Shown: positions 10,217-20,114, counted from the stretch's first letter. The stretch is 64,000 bases of DNA from Chlorobiaceae bacterium (GCA_012972825.1 JABDHL010000026.1:40019-104018), one strand, 5' to 3'. Program-made: numbers and translations. Notes: generated by a model from the letters alone, not told the origin.

Positions 10217-11388
10217 GCTGGACAACTCCTGCCGATCTCAAGGCACAGTTACAGAAACTCTGGGATCGTGGCATCCTGCTTTCATCTTTGATTAGCGGTG
10301 AAGAGATTTTTCCCAGACGTTTGACGCTGAAAGGGCCTGACTCAAGGGAATTGAGCGACTCTTTTACCGATGTCCGTGACTGGATTGCCCGACTGTCAGG
10401 CGTCGCAAAACAGTACCGGATTGTATGGCGCAGCATCAATCATCGCATTCTGGGAAACAATGACTTTCCGGCGGATATCTGGATCGATTCACTCGATGAT
10501 GCTCTCGGGTTGATTGGCAAGCGGCGGGGAGCCGAACAGTTTGCATCAATGGTTGCACTCACCCGCGACCACCAACCCGAACTGCTCTCATGGCTGGCAA
10601 AACGACCCCTGCGCGCACTCGAACTGGCCGAAGAGTGGCCACGCCTGCTGGAAATCGTCTACTGGCTGCGGATGCATCCCCGACCAGGCATCTATCTGCG
10701 ACAGATTGACTTGCCCGGAGTACACAGCAAGTTTATCGAAGGTCAACGAGGTGTGCTGGGTGAGCTGTTCGATCTCGTCCTTCCATCGGAGGAGATCGAT
10801 GTAACTGCCTCAGGAGCCGGAGGATTCTGCCGTCGTTACGGCTTTCGGGACAAACCCCTGCGGGTGCGCTTCCGAATCCTTGACCCGAAACTGGCGCTAC
10901 TGCAGACAGAGACTGACCAGGATATCACGGTTTCACAGGCAACCTTTGCCCGACTGGAGATTCCAGTTGACAAGGTGTTTATCACCGAGAATGAAATCAA
11001 CTTTCTGGCTTTCCCCCAGGTTCCTCAGGGAATTGTGATTTTCGGGGCTGGCTATGGTTTTGAGAACTTCGGGGCAGTAGAGTGGCTGCGTGACCGGAAG
11101 ATCCATTACTGGGGAGACATCGACACCCATGGTTTCGCTATCCTGAACCAGTTGCGGGGATTCTTTCCCCATACTGCTTCCCTTCTGATGGACCGTCCTA
11201 CGCTAATGGAGCATCGAACGCTTTGGGGCTTTGAACCATCTCCCGAAACCGGCATCCTCACGCGTTTGACCGATGAGGAGAGTGCGCTCTACGATCAGCT
11301 GCGCAGCAATGAGCTGGGTGGTCAAATCCGGCTGGAGCAGGAGAAGATTGGGTTTGAGTGGCTGGTTGAGGCTTTGGGAAAGGTTTGA
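10213..11388 (+). CDS. jetD: Wadjet JetD (DUF3322 plus Toprim/DUF2220 nuclease subunit)
   Basis: 391 aa with an ATGA overlap with jetC. C-terminal Toprim-type motifs are [13 protein letters not shown] (Glu) and [15 protein letters not shown] (DxD). Confidence 0.85.
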   Translation: MSWTTPADLKAQLQKLWDRGILLSSLISGEEIFPRRLTLKGPDSRELSDSFTDVRDWIARLSGVAKQYRIVWRSINHRILGNNDFPADIWIDSLDDALGLIGKRRGAEQFASMVALTRDHQPELLSWLAKRPLRALELAEEWPRLLEIVYWLRMHPRPGIYLRQIDLPGVHSKFIEGQRGVLGELFDLVLPSEEIDVTASGAGGFCRRYGFRDKPLRVRFRILDPKLALLQTETDQDITVSQATFARLEIPVDKVFITENEINFLAFPQVPQGIVIFGAGYGFENFGAVEWLRDRKIHYWGDIDTHGFAILNQLRGFFPHTASLLMDRPTLMEHRTLWGFEPSPETGILTRLTDEESALYDQLRSNELGGQIRLEQEKIGFEWLVEALGKV

Positions 11389-11663
11389 GCGGAGTGGTAC
11401 TGTTTCCTCGGAATACTCAAAAAAACTACTCTTCAAAGTATAACAAACAATTTAGGGCCATCAAAACAGATCATCTCAAAACAAACGACAACGACATCAC
11501 TCCCGAACCTGCACCGTCATCTTATCCTTCAGCTCATTGACAGAGTGCAGCACAACCCGCTGGACTTGCCAAATTTTATCATTTTGTTTAAACTTGTCCA
11601 TGATTAATATTTCATGGTTTTCGGATACGAGGCCACCTGTAATTGCGCTTTAATGAATATTAA

Positions 11664-12305
11664 ATGGGAAACACTCTCATGAATAGGCCAGTAAACATTC
11701 TTGCGATTGTCGGCAGCTACCGAAAAGGAGGGATGATCGAAAGGGCTGTCGATGAGATCCTTGCTGCCGCAAGAAAAGAGGGTGCTGTAACCCGGAAAAT
11801 CTCTCTGCTGGATAAACATCTTGAATTCTGCACCAACTGCCGCAGCTGCACCCAGGTTGCTGGGAAGAACTATGGGGTATGTATCCTTGATGATGATATG
11901 GCGGGTCTCCTGCAAGAGATTGAACGGGCTGATGCTCTTGTTCTCGCCTCGCCGATGAATGCCGGAACAGTCACGGCAATAATGAAGAGATTTATTGAAC
12001 GTCTTGTCTGCACTGCCTACTGGCCTTGGGGTGCTCCTGCGCCAAAAGCCCGTCGCCCCGGAAAATCAAAACGAGCACTTCTCGTGGCCTCTTCCGCTGC
12101 ACCGGGCTTTCTTGCAAGATTAACGGGAGATGTGACAAAGCGACTTAAATCTGCTGCAACGATGCTTGGTGCTGAAACGGTCGGGACGCTCTTTATCGGG
12201 CTTGCTGCACAACAAAAGCATCAGGAGCTGAGCAAAAGAACAATCCATAAGGCGCATAAACTTGGTCACAAACTTGCTGCCGGCAGATCAGCGAAGGCAA
12301 CCTGA
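11664..12305 (+). CDS. flavodoxin-fold NADPH-dependent FMN reductase family protein with an Isf-like Cys cluster
   Basis: NILAIVGSYRKGG N-terminal flavodoxin-like loop. Cys cluster CTNCRSCTQVAGKNYGVC. An alternative start ATG lies at 11679 (MNRPVNILAIVGS). Confidence 0.6.
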   Translation: MGNTLMNRPVNILAIVGSYRKGGMIERAVDEILAAARKEGAVTRKISLLDKHLEFCTNCRSCTQVAGKNYGVCILDDDMAGLLQEIERADALVLASPMNAGTVTAIMKRFIERLVCTAYWPWGAPAPKARRPGKSKRALLVASSAAPGFLARLTGDVTKRLKSAATMLGAETVGTLFIGLAAQQKHQELSKRTIHKAHKLGHKLAAGRSAKAT

Positions 12306-12388
12306 TGTTTGTTTTTCTTCTATATTATCACCATGTTGGCCAAGTGCATCAATGATGCCTGTTGTTTTTCTTCCATTACTCATGAATA

Positions 12389-12982
12389 ATGCCCACTATT
12401 GCATACAGTATCGGAAACTCGCTCTACCTGAATATTACCAACCGATGTTCAAACAGCTGCTCGTTCTGCATTAAAATCAACAGCAGAACATTTCATGACA
12501 ACGACCTGTTTCTCAGCACAGAACCATCGTTCGATGAGATCATGGGTGCCATTGATGCATTCAGGGATTTCGAAGAGGTTGTTTTCTGCGGTTATGGTGA
12601 ATCGTTGATACGGCTTGAAATTGTCAAGCAGGTGGCAGCAGCGGTCAAGCGGAATTATTTCACTCGCGTGCGTATCAATACCGACGGACAGGCGAATCTG
12701 GTGCATGGCCGGAACATCATACCTGAGTTGGCAGGAATTGTTGATTGCCTTTCCGTCAGCCTGAATGCAGCTGATGCAGAAACATACATGCGCTTATGTC
12801 ATAGCCCTTTCGGGGAGGCCGGCTTTACTGCTGTCTGCGACTTCATCCGTCTGGCAGCAGCAGAAATACCGGAAGTCATTGCAAGTGTGGTTCGTGTCCC
12901 CTCTCTTGATGTGGATGCATGTAAAGCTTTGGCTCTTTCACTGGGTGCATCGTTCCGGGTACGATCGTATTACCAGGGGTAA
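12389..12982 (+). CDS. small radical SAM protein (TatD-associated radical SAM type)
   Basis: 197 aa with a CxxxCxxC motif, NITNRCSNSCSFCIK, near the N-terminus, plus FCGYGESL. Confidence 0.65.
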   Translation: MPTIAYSIGNSLYLNITNRCSNSCSFCIKINSRTFHDNDLFLSTEPSFDEIMGAIDAFRDFEEVVFCGYGESLIRLEIVKQVAAAVKRNYFTRVRINTDGQANLVHGRNIIPELAGIVDCLSVSLNAADAETYMRLCHSPFGEAGFTAVCDFIRLAAAEIPEVIASVVRVPSLDVDACKALALSLGASFRVRSYYQG

Positions 12983-13174
12983 GCGGTGTTGACATATTTT
13001 CATGGGTAGAATAAGCTTCACGGAATCGGGAGAAGATGAACACTATTCACACTCTTCCTGTTCTTCCATTATGAACAATTCCCCCTAGAATAGTGCACTT
13101 GTTCATGGATTGAACTACACCTCACCCTGTCACTGCAAAACCTCCCCTTTTTCTTACAACCCGCCAGCAACTCT

Positions 13175-16100
13175 TTATGAGCAGCCAGTTGTCATGCCGC
13201 AATCTTCGCAGACTTTGCAGGTTCCATTCTGTTTGACTCGCATGGAACCGCAGTTTTCACACTGTTCACCAGTATACCCCTGAACTTTAGCCTGATAGGC
13301 CTGGCTTTGGCGGGCTGATGTGTGCGTGGATTGGGCGTGAACGGCCAGTGAGGGCTCTACAACCCTGGTATGATCTGCTGCGCCATTGCTTTTCTGCTTT
13401 CCTTCAACATCTCCATCAAGCAGCTCGTCAACCGCTTTGACATGCACAAAATCCTTGCGACCAAGGTAGTCGTATCCGATTGAACGAAAGACATAATCAA
13501 GGATGGATGTGGAGTTTTTTATGGCGTTGTGCCCCTGCACCGTTCCAGCAGGTTCAAATCGGGTAAAGGTAAAGCTGTCGACAAGTTCCTCAAGCGGCAT
13601 ACCGTATTGCAGAGCCTTGGAGGCAAGCACGGCAAAGCAGTTCAAAAGGCCTTTGAATGAAGCTCCCTCTTTGTACATATCGATAAAAATCTCACCGAGA
13701 GCACCATCTTCATATTCCCCTGTTCTGAGAAAAACCTTGTGGCCGCCTACATAGGCTTCACGGATATAGCCTTTCCTCCGTTTCGGCAGGTATCGGCGTT
13801 CTGAACGGTGATAAACCCGCTCGACAATCCTTTCCTGTACCTCTTTAGGGCCCTTGGTTTCGTCAAGGCTCTCTTCCGTTCCAAGCATGATAACTTCGTC
13901 GAGATCCTGAAAGCTCGATATATTGAGCGGCTGGGAAAGTTTCGAGCCATCGCGATAGACTGTTACAGCCTTGACCATATGCTGCCAGGCTGAGAGATAG
14001 ACTTCACCGATTTCAGCGGTCGTAGCGGTTCCTGGCATATTGACTGTTTTGGAAATCGCACCTGAAATAAACGGCTGTACTGCTGACATCATGCGGATGT
14101 GTGCCATGTACTTGATATAGCGAACGCCGTTTTTACCGCACTTGCTGGCACAATCGAAGACCGGCAGATGTTCCAGCTTCAGATGAGGCGCCCCCTCGAT
14201 GGTCATGGTGCCGCAGATATAGTCATTTGCGACTTCAGTATCCTCAAACGTCGCACCAAGGGCCTGAAGCATGTCAAAATCGGGATCGTTAAGCTGCTCG
14301 TCTGTAAATCCAAGTGCTGCACAGAAATCATCGCCGAGAATCCATTTGTTGAAAGCAAAGCGAATATCAAATACAGTTTCAAGCTGAGACTCCACCATTT
14401 CAATCTTGTCGTCAGTAAAACCCCGGCTTTTCAGCCATTGGCGATTGATGGAGGGTGATCCGGCAAGTGTTCCATGACCCTTGCAGTAGTGTTCGATATC
14501 GTCAATCTGTGCATCGGTGTAGCCGAGCCGTTCCAGGGCTTTATGCACCGACTGGTTGACAATTTTGAAATAACCTCCGCCTGCAAGTTTTTTGAATTTA
14601 ACAATGGCAAACTCAGGCTCAATGCCGGTTGTATCGCAATCCATAACCAGGCCGATCGTGCCGGTAGGCGCTATCACACTGACCTGTGCATTACGGTATC
14701 CGTATTTTTTCCCTTTTTGAAGCGCTTCATCCCAGACCTTTCCTGCCGTTTCAAATAGCTCCTTGGGACAATACTCTGAATCAATGCCACGAGGCTTTAC
14801 CGAAAGTCCTTCGTACTCCTCTTCAGACATGTTCCGGGCAGCCCTGCGATGGTTGCGGATAACGCGCAGCATATCACTGGAATTTGCACTGTAACCGGCA
14901 AATGTGCCGAGATCATGAGCCATCTCCGCCGAAGTCACATAGGCCTGACCGGTCATAACCGCTGATATGGCACCGGCAATTGCAAGCGCCCTGGGTGAAT
15001 CGTATGGAATACCAAGCACCATCAGAACTGTACCAAGATTTGCAAATCCGAGACCAAGCGTTCTGAACTCATAGCTCAGACGGGCGATATCCTTTGAAGG
15101 GAAATGCGCCATAAGCACTGAAATTTCAAGCACAATTGTCCATAGATGGGATGCATGCTGCAGTTCCCTGACTTTTATTCTGCCGGAAGCCTCGTCGATA
15201 AAATGCATCAGGTTCAGGCTGGCCAGATTGCATGCCGTATCGTCAAGAAACATGTATTCCGAACAGGGATTGCTTGCATTGATGCGTCCGCTCCTGGCGC
15301 AGGTATGCCATTCGTTGATGGTGGTATCGAACTGCAGACCAGGATCTGCGCATTTCCAGGCACTGAGCAGGATTTTTTCCCACAGGTCGCGCGCTTTGAC
15401 ACTTCGGACATTCTTGCCGGTTGTGCGTTCATGGAACGACCAGAGGTCGTCATTTTCAACAGCCTTCATGAACTCGTTGGTCACCCTGACAGTATTATTG
15501 GAGTTCTGACCTCCAACGGTGTGATAGGCTTCCGACTCGTAATTAGAGGTATACTCTTCAAAATCAAGTGAAGTGTATCCCTGTTCGACCAAAGCAAGAA
15601 CACGAATGATATAACTCATCGGCACTGCCCTGCTGAGCGCATTCTGTATCAGGCGATTAAGCCGGGGGTTTGCCTTGCGGTCAACACCATTGGCAAGAGC
15701 CTCTTCAACAATCGCCTGGAGAAAACTGGAACAGATTCTCGAACCGGCAACCAGCGAAGCCACCTTATCCTCTTCCTTCGCTTTCCATTCGATAAATTTC
15801 TCCACATCCGGGTGGTCGATATCGACGATCACCATTTTTGCAGCCCGACGTGTTGTGCCGCCGGATTTTATAGCCCCCGCCGCTGAATCGAAAATCTTCA
15901 GAAAACTCATCAGACCTGAAGAACTGCCTCCGCCACTCAACTTTTCCCCACCCGCACGAAGGTTCGAGTAGTTCGTGCCCGAACCGCTGCCGAACTTAAA
16001 TACCCTGGCCTCGCGGATTGCCAGATCAAAAATACCGCCTTCGTTGACAAGGTCGTCACTGACAGACTGGATAAAACAGGCGTGGGCCTGAGGCCGGCCA

Positions 16101-16624
16101 TAAGCATCTTCCGACTCTTTTACCTCCCCGCTTTTCGGATCAACATAAAAATGCCCCTGGGCAGGCCCGGTAGTACCATAGGCAAAATTCAGCCCTGTAT
16201 TAAACCATTGCGGAGAGTTGGGAGCACCCATCTGCTTGAGAATCATGAACGCCACCTCGTCGTAAAATGCCTCGGCATCATCCGGAGTATCGAAATATTT
16301 GTTTTTTTCGCCCCAATCTTTCCAGCAGCCAGCCATACGATGGACAACCTCTTTAATTGAGTGTTCGCTGCCGGTCACCGGATTGCCCTCGCTATCGGTA
16401 ACAACATTGCCGTTTTCGTCGCGCTGTGGAATCCCTGTTTTCCGGAAATACTTCTGGGCAAGAATATCGGCAGCAACCTGCGACCACTGTTTCGGCACTT
16501 CGATATCGGTCATTTCAAAGACCTTCGAGCCGTCAGGATTGCGCAATACTGAAGTGCGGGTTGTGTATTCGAAACGATCGTAGACATTTTCACCGGCACT
16601 GGTGAACAGACGGGAAATTTTCAT
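13175..16624 (-). CDS. nrdJ: adenosylcobalamin-dependent (class II) ribonucleotide reductase
   Basis: 1149 aa. Active-site region ASNPCSEYMFLDDTACNLASLNL and a C-terminal Cys-rich tail CENCGSMRVKQNGTCKVCEDCG. Many antisense track ORFs inside it are spurious. Confidence 0.9.
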   Translation of the reverse strand: MKISRLFTSAGENVYDRFEYTTRTSVLRNPDGSKVFEMTDIEVPKQWSQVAADILAQKYFRKTGIPQRDENGNVVTDSEGNPVTGSEHSIKEVVHRMAGCWKDWGEKNKYFDTPDDAEAFYDEVAFMILKQMGAPNSPQWFNTGLNFAYGTTGPAQGHFYVDPKSGEVKESEDAYGRPQAHACFIQSVSDDLVNEGGIFDLAIREARVFKFGSGSGTNYSNLRAGGEKLSGGGSSSGLMSFLKIFDSAAGAIKSGGTTRRAAKMVIVDIDHPDVEKFIEWKAKEEDKVASLVAGSRICSSFLQAIVEEALANGVDRKANPRLNRLIQNALSRAVPMSYIIRVLALVEQGYTSLDFEEYTSNYESEAYHTVGGQNSNNTVRVTNEFMKAVENDDLWSFHERTTGKNVRSVKARDLWEKILLSAWKCADPGLQFDTTINEWHTCARSGRINASNPCSEYMFLDDTACNLASLNLMHFIDEASGRIKVRELQHASHLWTIVLEISVLMAHFPSKDIARLSYEFRTLGLGFANLGTVLMVLGIPYDSPRALAIAGAISAVMTGQAYVTSAEMAHDLGTFAGYSANSSDMLRVIRNHRRAARNMSEEEYEGLSVKPRGIDSEYCPKELFETAGKVWDEALQKGKKYGYRNAQVSVIAPTGTIGLVMDCDTTGIEPEFAIVKFKKLAGGGYFKIVNQSVHKALERLGYTDAQIDDIEHYCKGHGTLAGSPSINRQWLKSRGFTDDKIEMVESQLETVFDIRFAFNKWILGDDFCAALGFTDEQLNDPDFDMLQALGATFEDTEVANDYICGTMTIEGAPHLKLEHLPVFDCASKCGKNGVRYIKYMAHIRMMSAVQPFISGAISKTVNMPGTATTAEIGEVYLSAWQHMVKAVTVYRDGSKLSQPLNISSFQDLDEVIMLGTEESLDETKGPKEVQERIVERVYHRSERRYLPKRRKGYIREAYVGGHKVFLRTGEYEDGALGEIFIDMYKEGASFKGLLNCFAVLASKALQYGMPLEELVDSFTFTRFEPAGTVQGHNAIKNSTSILDYVFRSIGYDYLGRKDFVHVKAVDELLDGDVEGKQKSNGAADHTRVVEPSLAVHAQSTHTSARQSQAYQAKVQGYTGEQCENCGSMRVKQNGTCKVCEDCGMTTGCS

Positions 16625-17009
16625 TGAAGCTCTCCGGAGTCAAATATGGAAAAGAAAGGGCAACCCTTTTTTTATTATAGAGTTACCCTTTCAAAAAACC
16701 TTAAGATTTATTATTGGTTATCCGTTGATATATGCAACAATATAACCTCATGAGGATATCCAGCAATGAAGAAAAAAGAATTTTTTTGCTCCAAAATGAG
16801 CATGTTTATTGTTCGACATCATGAAGGAAATTGTAAGTCCATACCTTTTTCGTCACCAGCGGCAAAAGGTGCCGCATCTGTAAAAATCAGCTGGCTCGAA
16901 ATCATGGGCTGCGGCATGGTAAAACCCCAACGTCATGCGCAACTACGGCATAGCCCCCGAAGAGTGCTTTACTGCGTAAAGAAATTGACACTCTCCACTG
17001 ACAAGCATA

Positions 17010-17230
17010 TCAACCTTTCTTCAGCTCCTTGATCACATCATCGAGGGGTACAGATGGTTGACCCTGCCCTTCCGCTTTTGCTTCGCGTAGATCAATCAGA
17101 TCCATATAATCTTCCATCAGCTCTTCTATTGCCTGATATTCTTCATAGGACAAAACTACAAACTCTTTTTTCCCCCCTTTTTTTATATAATCTGAGGATT
17201 AAGTCGCATGGCTTTTTTAGTGGTAATCAT
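17010..17230 (-). pseudogene. Phd/YefM-type antitoxin, disrupted
   Basis: From ATG 17230 the frame reads MITTKKAMRLNPQII then TAA. The conserved remainder, KKGGKKEFVVLSYEEYQAIEELMEDYMDLIDLREAKAEGQGQPSVPLDDVIKELKKG, continues in another frame. The break is at the A7-G6-A6 tract (17166-17184). Confidence 0.55.
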
Positions 17231-17310
17231 CGGTACGCCTCTTTTCTATGTTTTATTCGATAAACGATCACTTTTTGACCTTCAACTCCAAACAACACTC
17301 GATAGTCTCC
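17227..17310 (-). pseudogene. C-terminal fragment of a RelE/ParE-type toxin
   Basis: Hand translation gives GDYRVLFGVEGQKVIVYRIKHRKEAYR*, the typical GDYR..Y...-V.V..I.HRK..Y toxin C-terminus. Its TGA overlaps the antitoxin ATG. There is no N-terminal part. Confidence 0.45.
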
Positions 17311-17450
17311 TACTCTTAATGAGTTTCTGTTTGGCAATCTCGATAAACTCCGGATTAGTTTCGTCCAAGATTCTTTGCCGCAAGTGAGGTTGTCCCACTT
17401 CCCATCAAGGGATCGAGCACAGTGTGATGAGTCTTCAATTTCAGGCTGAG
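17311..17450 (-). pseudogene. C-terminal fragment of an N6/N4 DNA methyltransferase
   Basis: Hand translation gives LKLKTHHTVLDPLMGSGTTSLAAKNLGRN* (SAM-binding FxGxG-type motif). After a frameshift it reads NPEFIEIAKQKLIKS. No upstream catalytic region is present. Confidence 0.5.
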
Positions 17451-17562
17451 TATCTGTTCATGTTCCTGTAACAAAATATTACGACGTTTGCATGAGTATA
17501 GAAAATTTCCGTTGATTTGCACTTATACCTGTTGATCAAACCTTACGGGCAAATCTCTTTGT

Positions 17563-18478
17563 TTACTTGGCCGGTATCTGCCTGAGTGTTTCGAGAAGAA
17601 AATCCCAGAATTTCTGGACAGATGGAATGCTGACCTTTTCATCGGGAGAGTGAGGGAAGCAATTGGTCGGACCGAAAGAGATCATCTTAAAATCAGGATA
17701 GGTGCTCCCTAAAATCCCGCATTCGAGGCCGGCATGAACAGCGCTGACTTTTGGAATTTGCCCGAATTTCTTTTGATAGATCTCCTGCATGATTTTCAGG
17801 ATCGGGGATATGTGATCGGGCTTCCAGCCGGGATAGCGGCCATCAAAAACCGCGTTGGCTCCAGCAAGATCAAAAAGACTTTTAATCATGATCTCCAGAT
17901 CGACTTTCGCAGAATCAACCGAACTCCTGAGCAACATCTCAATAGAAATAGTGCCTTTTCCGGATGTTACAATGGCAAGATTATTTGACGTTTCAACCAG
18001 TCCTGCCATGTCGTTGCTCATGCGCAACACGTCATTCGGACAGGCATAGAGAGCGTTCAGAAATTGAACAAAAATACTCTCCTCAATAACCGACTCGGGC
18101 ACACCTGCAGGAACTGCCTCGATTTTCAGGGTTGGTTCAACGGCCGACAGCTCATCTTTTATGGTGCCAGTGATGATGGTGAAGCTGTCAAGTAACTCCA
18201 GCGCTTTATCGTCTGGAAAAGCCACATGAGCAACCGATTCACGCGGGATGGCTTTGTAAAATAACCCCTTTACGATGTTCCATGCCCGGTGTAGCAGGTT
18301 TACAAATGATGACATTGCCAACCTCGTCAACAATGCTCTCCAATCCAAGGTTCTTGCCAAAATCAGAAATAAACTCCCTTATTTTTTCCTCATTCCCGGA
18401 CACACGGGGGATTTGAGTCAGGAGATGAAAATTGTGCCATACCTCACGGGGGCAGATGTGTAAAATGCTGTTGTTCAT
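17563..18478 (-). pseudogene. pepD: aminoacyl-histidine dipeptidase (PepD) with a large internal deletion and frameshift
   Basis: The N-terminal 78 aa (…NVIICKPATPGMEHRKGVILQSHP) and the C-terminal ~240 aa (AIPRESVAHVAF…HAGLECGILG…GPTNCFPHSPDEKV…IPAK) lie in different frames. They are joined at about 18245-18256. The metal-binding middle of PepD is missing. Confidence 0.65.
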
Positions 18479-18639
18479 TACACACCTTATGTATAAAGGC
18501 TTTCAAGCCTTTATATTACAAATACAAGAAAATTGGCTTAAATCAAGAGTAAAAAGCGACCTGATAATTACATCACTTATCGACCGGCTTTGAACTCTAC
18601 AAACACCATTGGGTAACATACAATAGCTGATGGAATAAT

Positions 18640-19015
18640 TGGAGCCGTCGGACCATCGGTATCCAACCAAGATCATCAGCCATTGGACACTCAAATTCGT
18701 TCAGAACTATGCCAACACAATTCATCGACACCCCCTGCGCAGTGATAAATGGCATAGAGATGGTGCTCACTATCAAGGCTCAACACCACTATCTCTGGTG
18801 GGCATTGGAACAGGATTGGACTATACGCTTGATATCATGATGCAATCCAATGCTTTTTTCCCCAGCTGAAGAGTGCAATCCAAGACAGCCGTGTATAATG
18901 TTGCAGGTATGGAGGCTGCCTAACAGTTGCCAGACCATTCGAGGGTGTGAATGATATTTGCCTCCTCTGATAGCATCAGCCACGGCCGAGAATTTTGAGG
19001 GGGAAGTTGACTTCC
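18640..19015 (+). mobile_element. heavily decayed IS6-family (DDE) transposase relic
   Basis: Pieces occur in shifting frames: ISHWTLKF, SDKWHRDG (cf. WHxDE), VLTIKAQHHYLWWALEQD (cf. G..HYLWRAVDQDG), LDIMMQSN and ATAENFEG (cf. NNRAENSH). There are several frameshifts and stops, and no terminal repeats were identified. Confidence 0.4.
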
Positions 19016-19023
19016 TCATGTTG

Positions 19024-20112
19024 TTATCCTTCCCTGTTACGCATGAGTTCTACAAGCTCTGCCGTTCGTGAAGCTTGTTTTTCGACGGCTTCGGCAAGTC
19101 GTTCCATGTCACTATGACGACCACGTTCAGTTTCCGTATCAAAGAGTATCGGTTTCTGGAAACCTTCGGAGAGCTTGAAAATATGAATACAGAGCCTGAT
19201 CAGGATAACATAAAGAACTGGTAGCAGATACTCTCCGAAGATGACAGGCATCTCCTGATAATGCTGCATCAGGCCTTGCCAGTCACCGCTGAAAAGCACA
19301 TCCCATTTCAAAAAAAAATAGATGTAGACGACCGGATGAAAAACAAGAAAGAAACGCATGACTTTCGATTGCCGCCGGTTTGCGGGTTCGCTTTCATATT
19401 TGGAGAGCAGCCAGGGAAAATGGCCTACAAGCATGGCCGCCCTGCGATCATTGAGATAATGTGCCCCCTGAAGTGCTGAATCAATAAAGGAGGAGACCTG
19501 GCTTAAAAGCACGGTGGAGAGAATAGTGGCAAGAAAAGAATAACTGAGATCGTCGAACTTGAACGATCCGGCAAGGTACGGGAGCGTAATGGTTTTCGGT
19601 TTAATGACAATAAAAAGCATGGCAATCCCTGCGAGCAGAAGAGAAAAGGTGTGGAGTTTGCGCGCATGACGAAGACTTTCGATAACGGCATCAGCGTTCG
19701 CTCCCTGCATCGAATTCCCCGGAGGATCTATCCTCAGGAGAGCTGCAGAATCGGTGAGAGGCGAGTAGAGGCCATTGACGCCGATATCGCAGCCTTGAAC
19801 GTCACGATAAATTGTAAAAATATCTATAGTGCTTTTACTGAAATTAACACCACTGAGATTTGATCTGCTGAGGTCTGCTCCGCGCAGATCTGCTCCCCGT
19901 AAATCCGCTTCAGCGAAATTTGCCTCAACGAGGTTAGCTTTTGAAAGGTTCGCGCCACTGAGATTGGCTCCGGAAAGGTTTACTCCCCGCAGATCGAGAG
20001 CTGCAAGGGAGAGGTCGTGCAGATCAGGAAGGATATCCGCATGCTCCGTGCGCCATTGGTTCCATAGAATAACCCCCTGTTTAAGAAGCTTCAGGTGTTC
20101 AGAATCAGTCAT
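19024..20112 (-). CDS. pentapeptide-repeat protein with a C-terminal multi-pass membrane domain
   Basis: The run LRGVNLSGANLSGANLSKANLVEANFAEADLRGADLRGADLSRSNLSGVNF is followed by about 4 hydrophobic helices. The start lies 2 nt after the stop of the upstream gene. Confidence 0.8.
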   Translation of the reverse strand: MTDSEHLKLLKQGVILWNQWRTEHADILPDLHDLSLAALDLRGVNLSGANLSGANLSKANLVEANFAEADLRGADLRGADLSRSNLSGVNFSKSTIDIFTIYRDVQGCDIGVNGLYSPLTDSAALLRIDPPGNSMQGANADAVIESLRHARKLHTFSLLLAGIAMLFIVIKPKTITLPYLAGSFKFDDLSYSFLATILSTVLLSQVSSFIDSALQGAHYLNDRRAAMLVGHFPWLLSKYESEPANRRQSKVMRFFLVFHPVVYIYFFLKWDVLFSGDWQGLMQHYQEMPVIFGEYLLPVLYVILIRLCIHIFKLSEGFQKPILFDTETERGRHSDMERLAEAVEKQASRTAELVELMRNREG

Positions 20113-20114
20113 GA

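Noticed and set aside
11497-11601. 34-codon minus-strand ORF (MDKFKQNDKIWQVQRVVLHSVNELKDKMTVQVRE) downstream of jetD.
   Set aside because: It is too short, with no recognisable family or RBS, so it cannot be supported from sequence alone.
16625-16770. NrdR boxes or a cobalamin riboswitch in the nrdJ leader.
   Set aside because: Only a weak palindrome (GTTGATATATGCAAC) and a 5-bp hairpin (AAGGG-CAA-CCCTT) are present. There is no pair of 16-bp NrdR-like boxes and no B12-box I could recognise by eye. A covariance-model scan would be needed.
16766-17032. 88-aa plus-strand track ORF.
   Set aside because: Its composition is unconvincing, it has no RBS, and it overlaps the minus-strand antitoxin remnant. 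It is probably non-coding.
18789-19019. 76-aa minus-strand ORF upstream of the pentapeptide gene.
   Set aside because: It lies over the IS6-type relic on the opposite strand, has no motif and has poor coding appearance.
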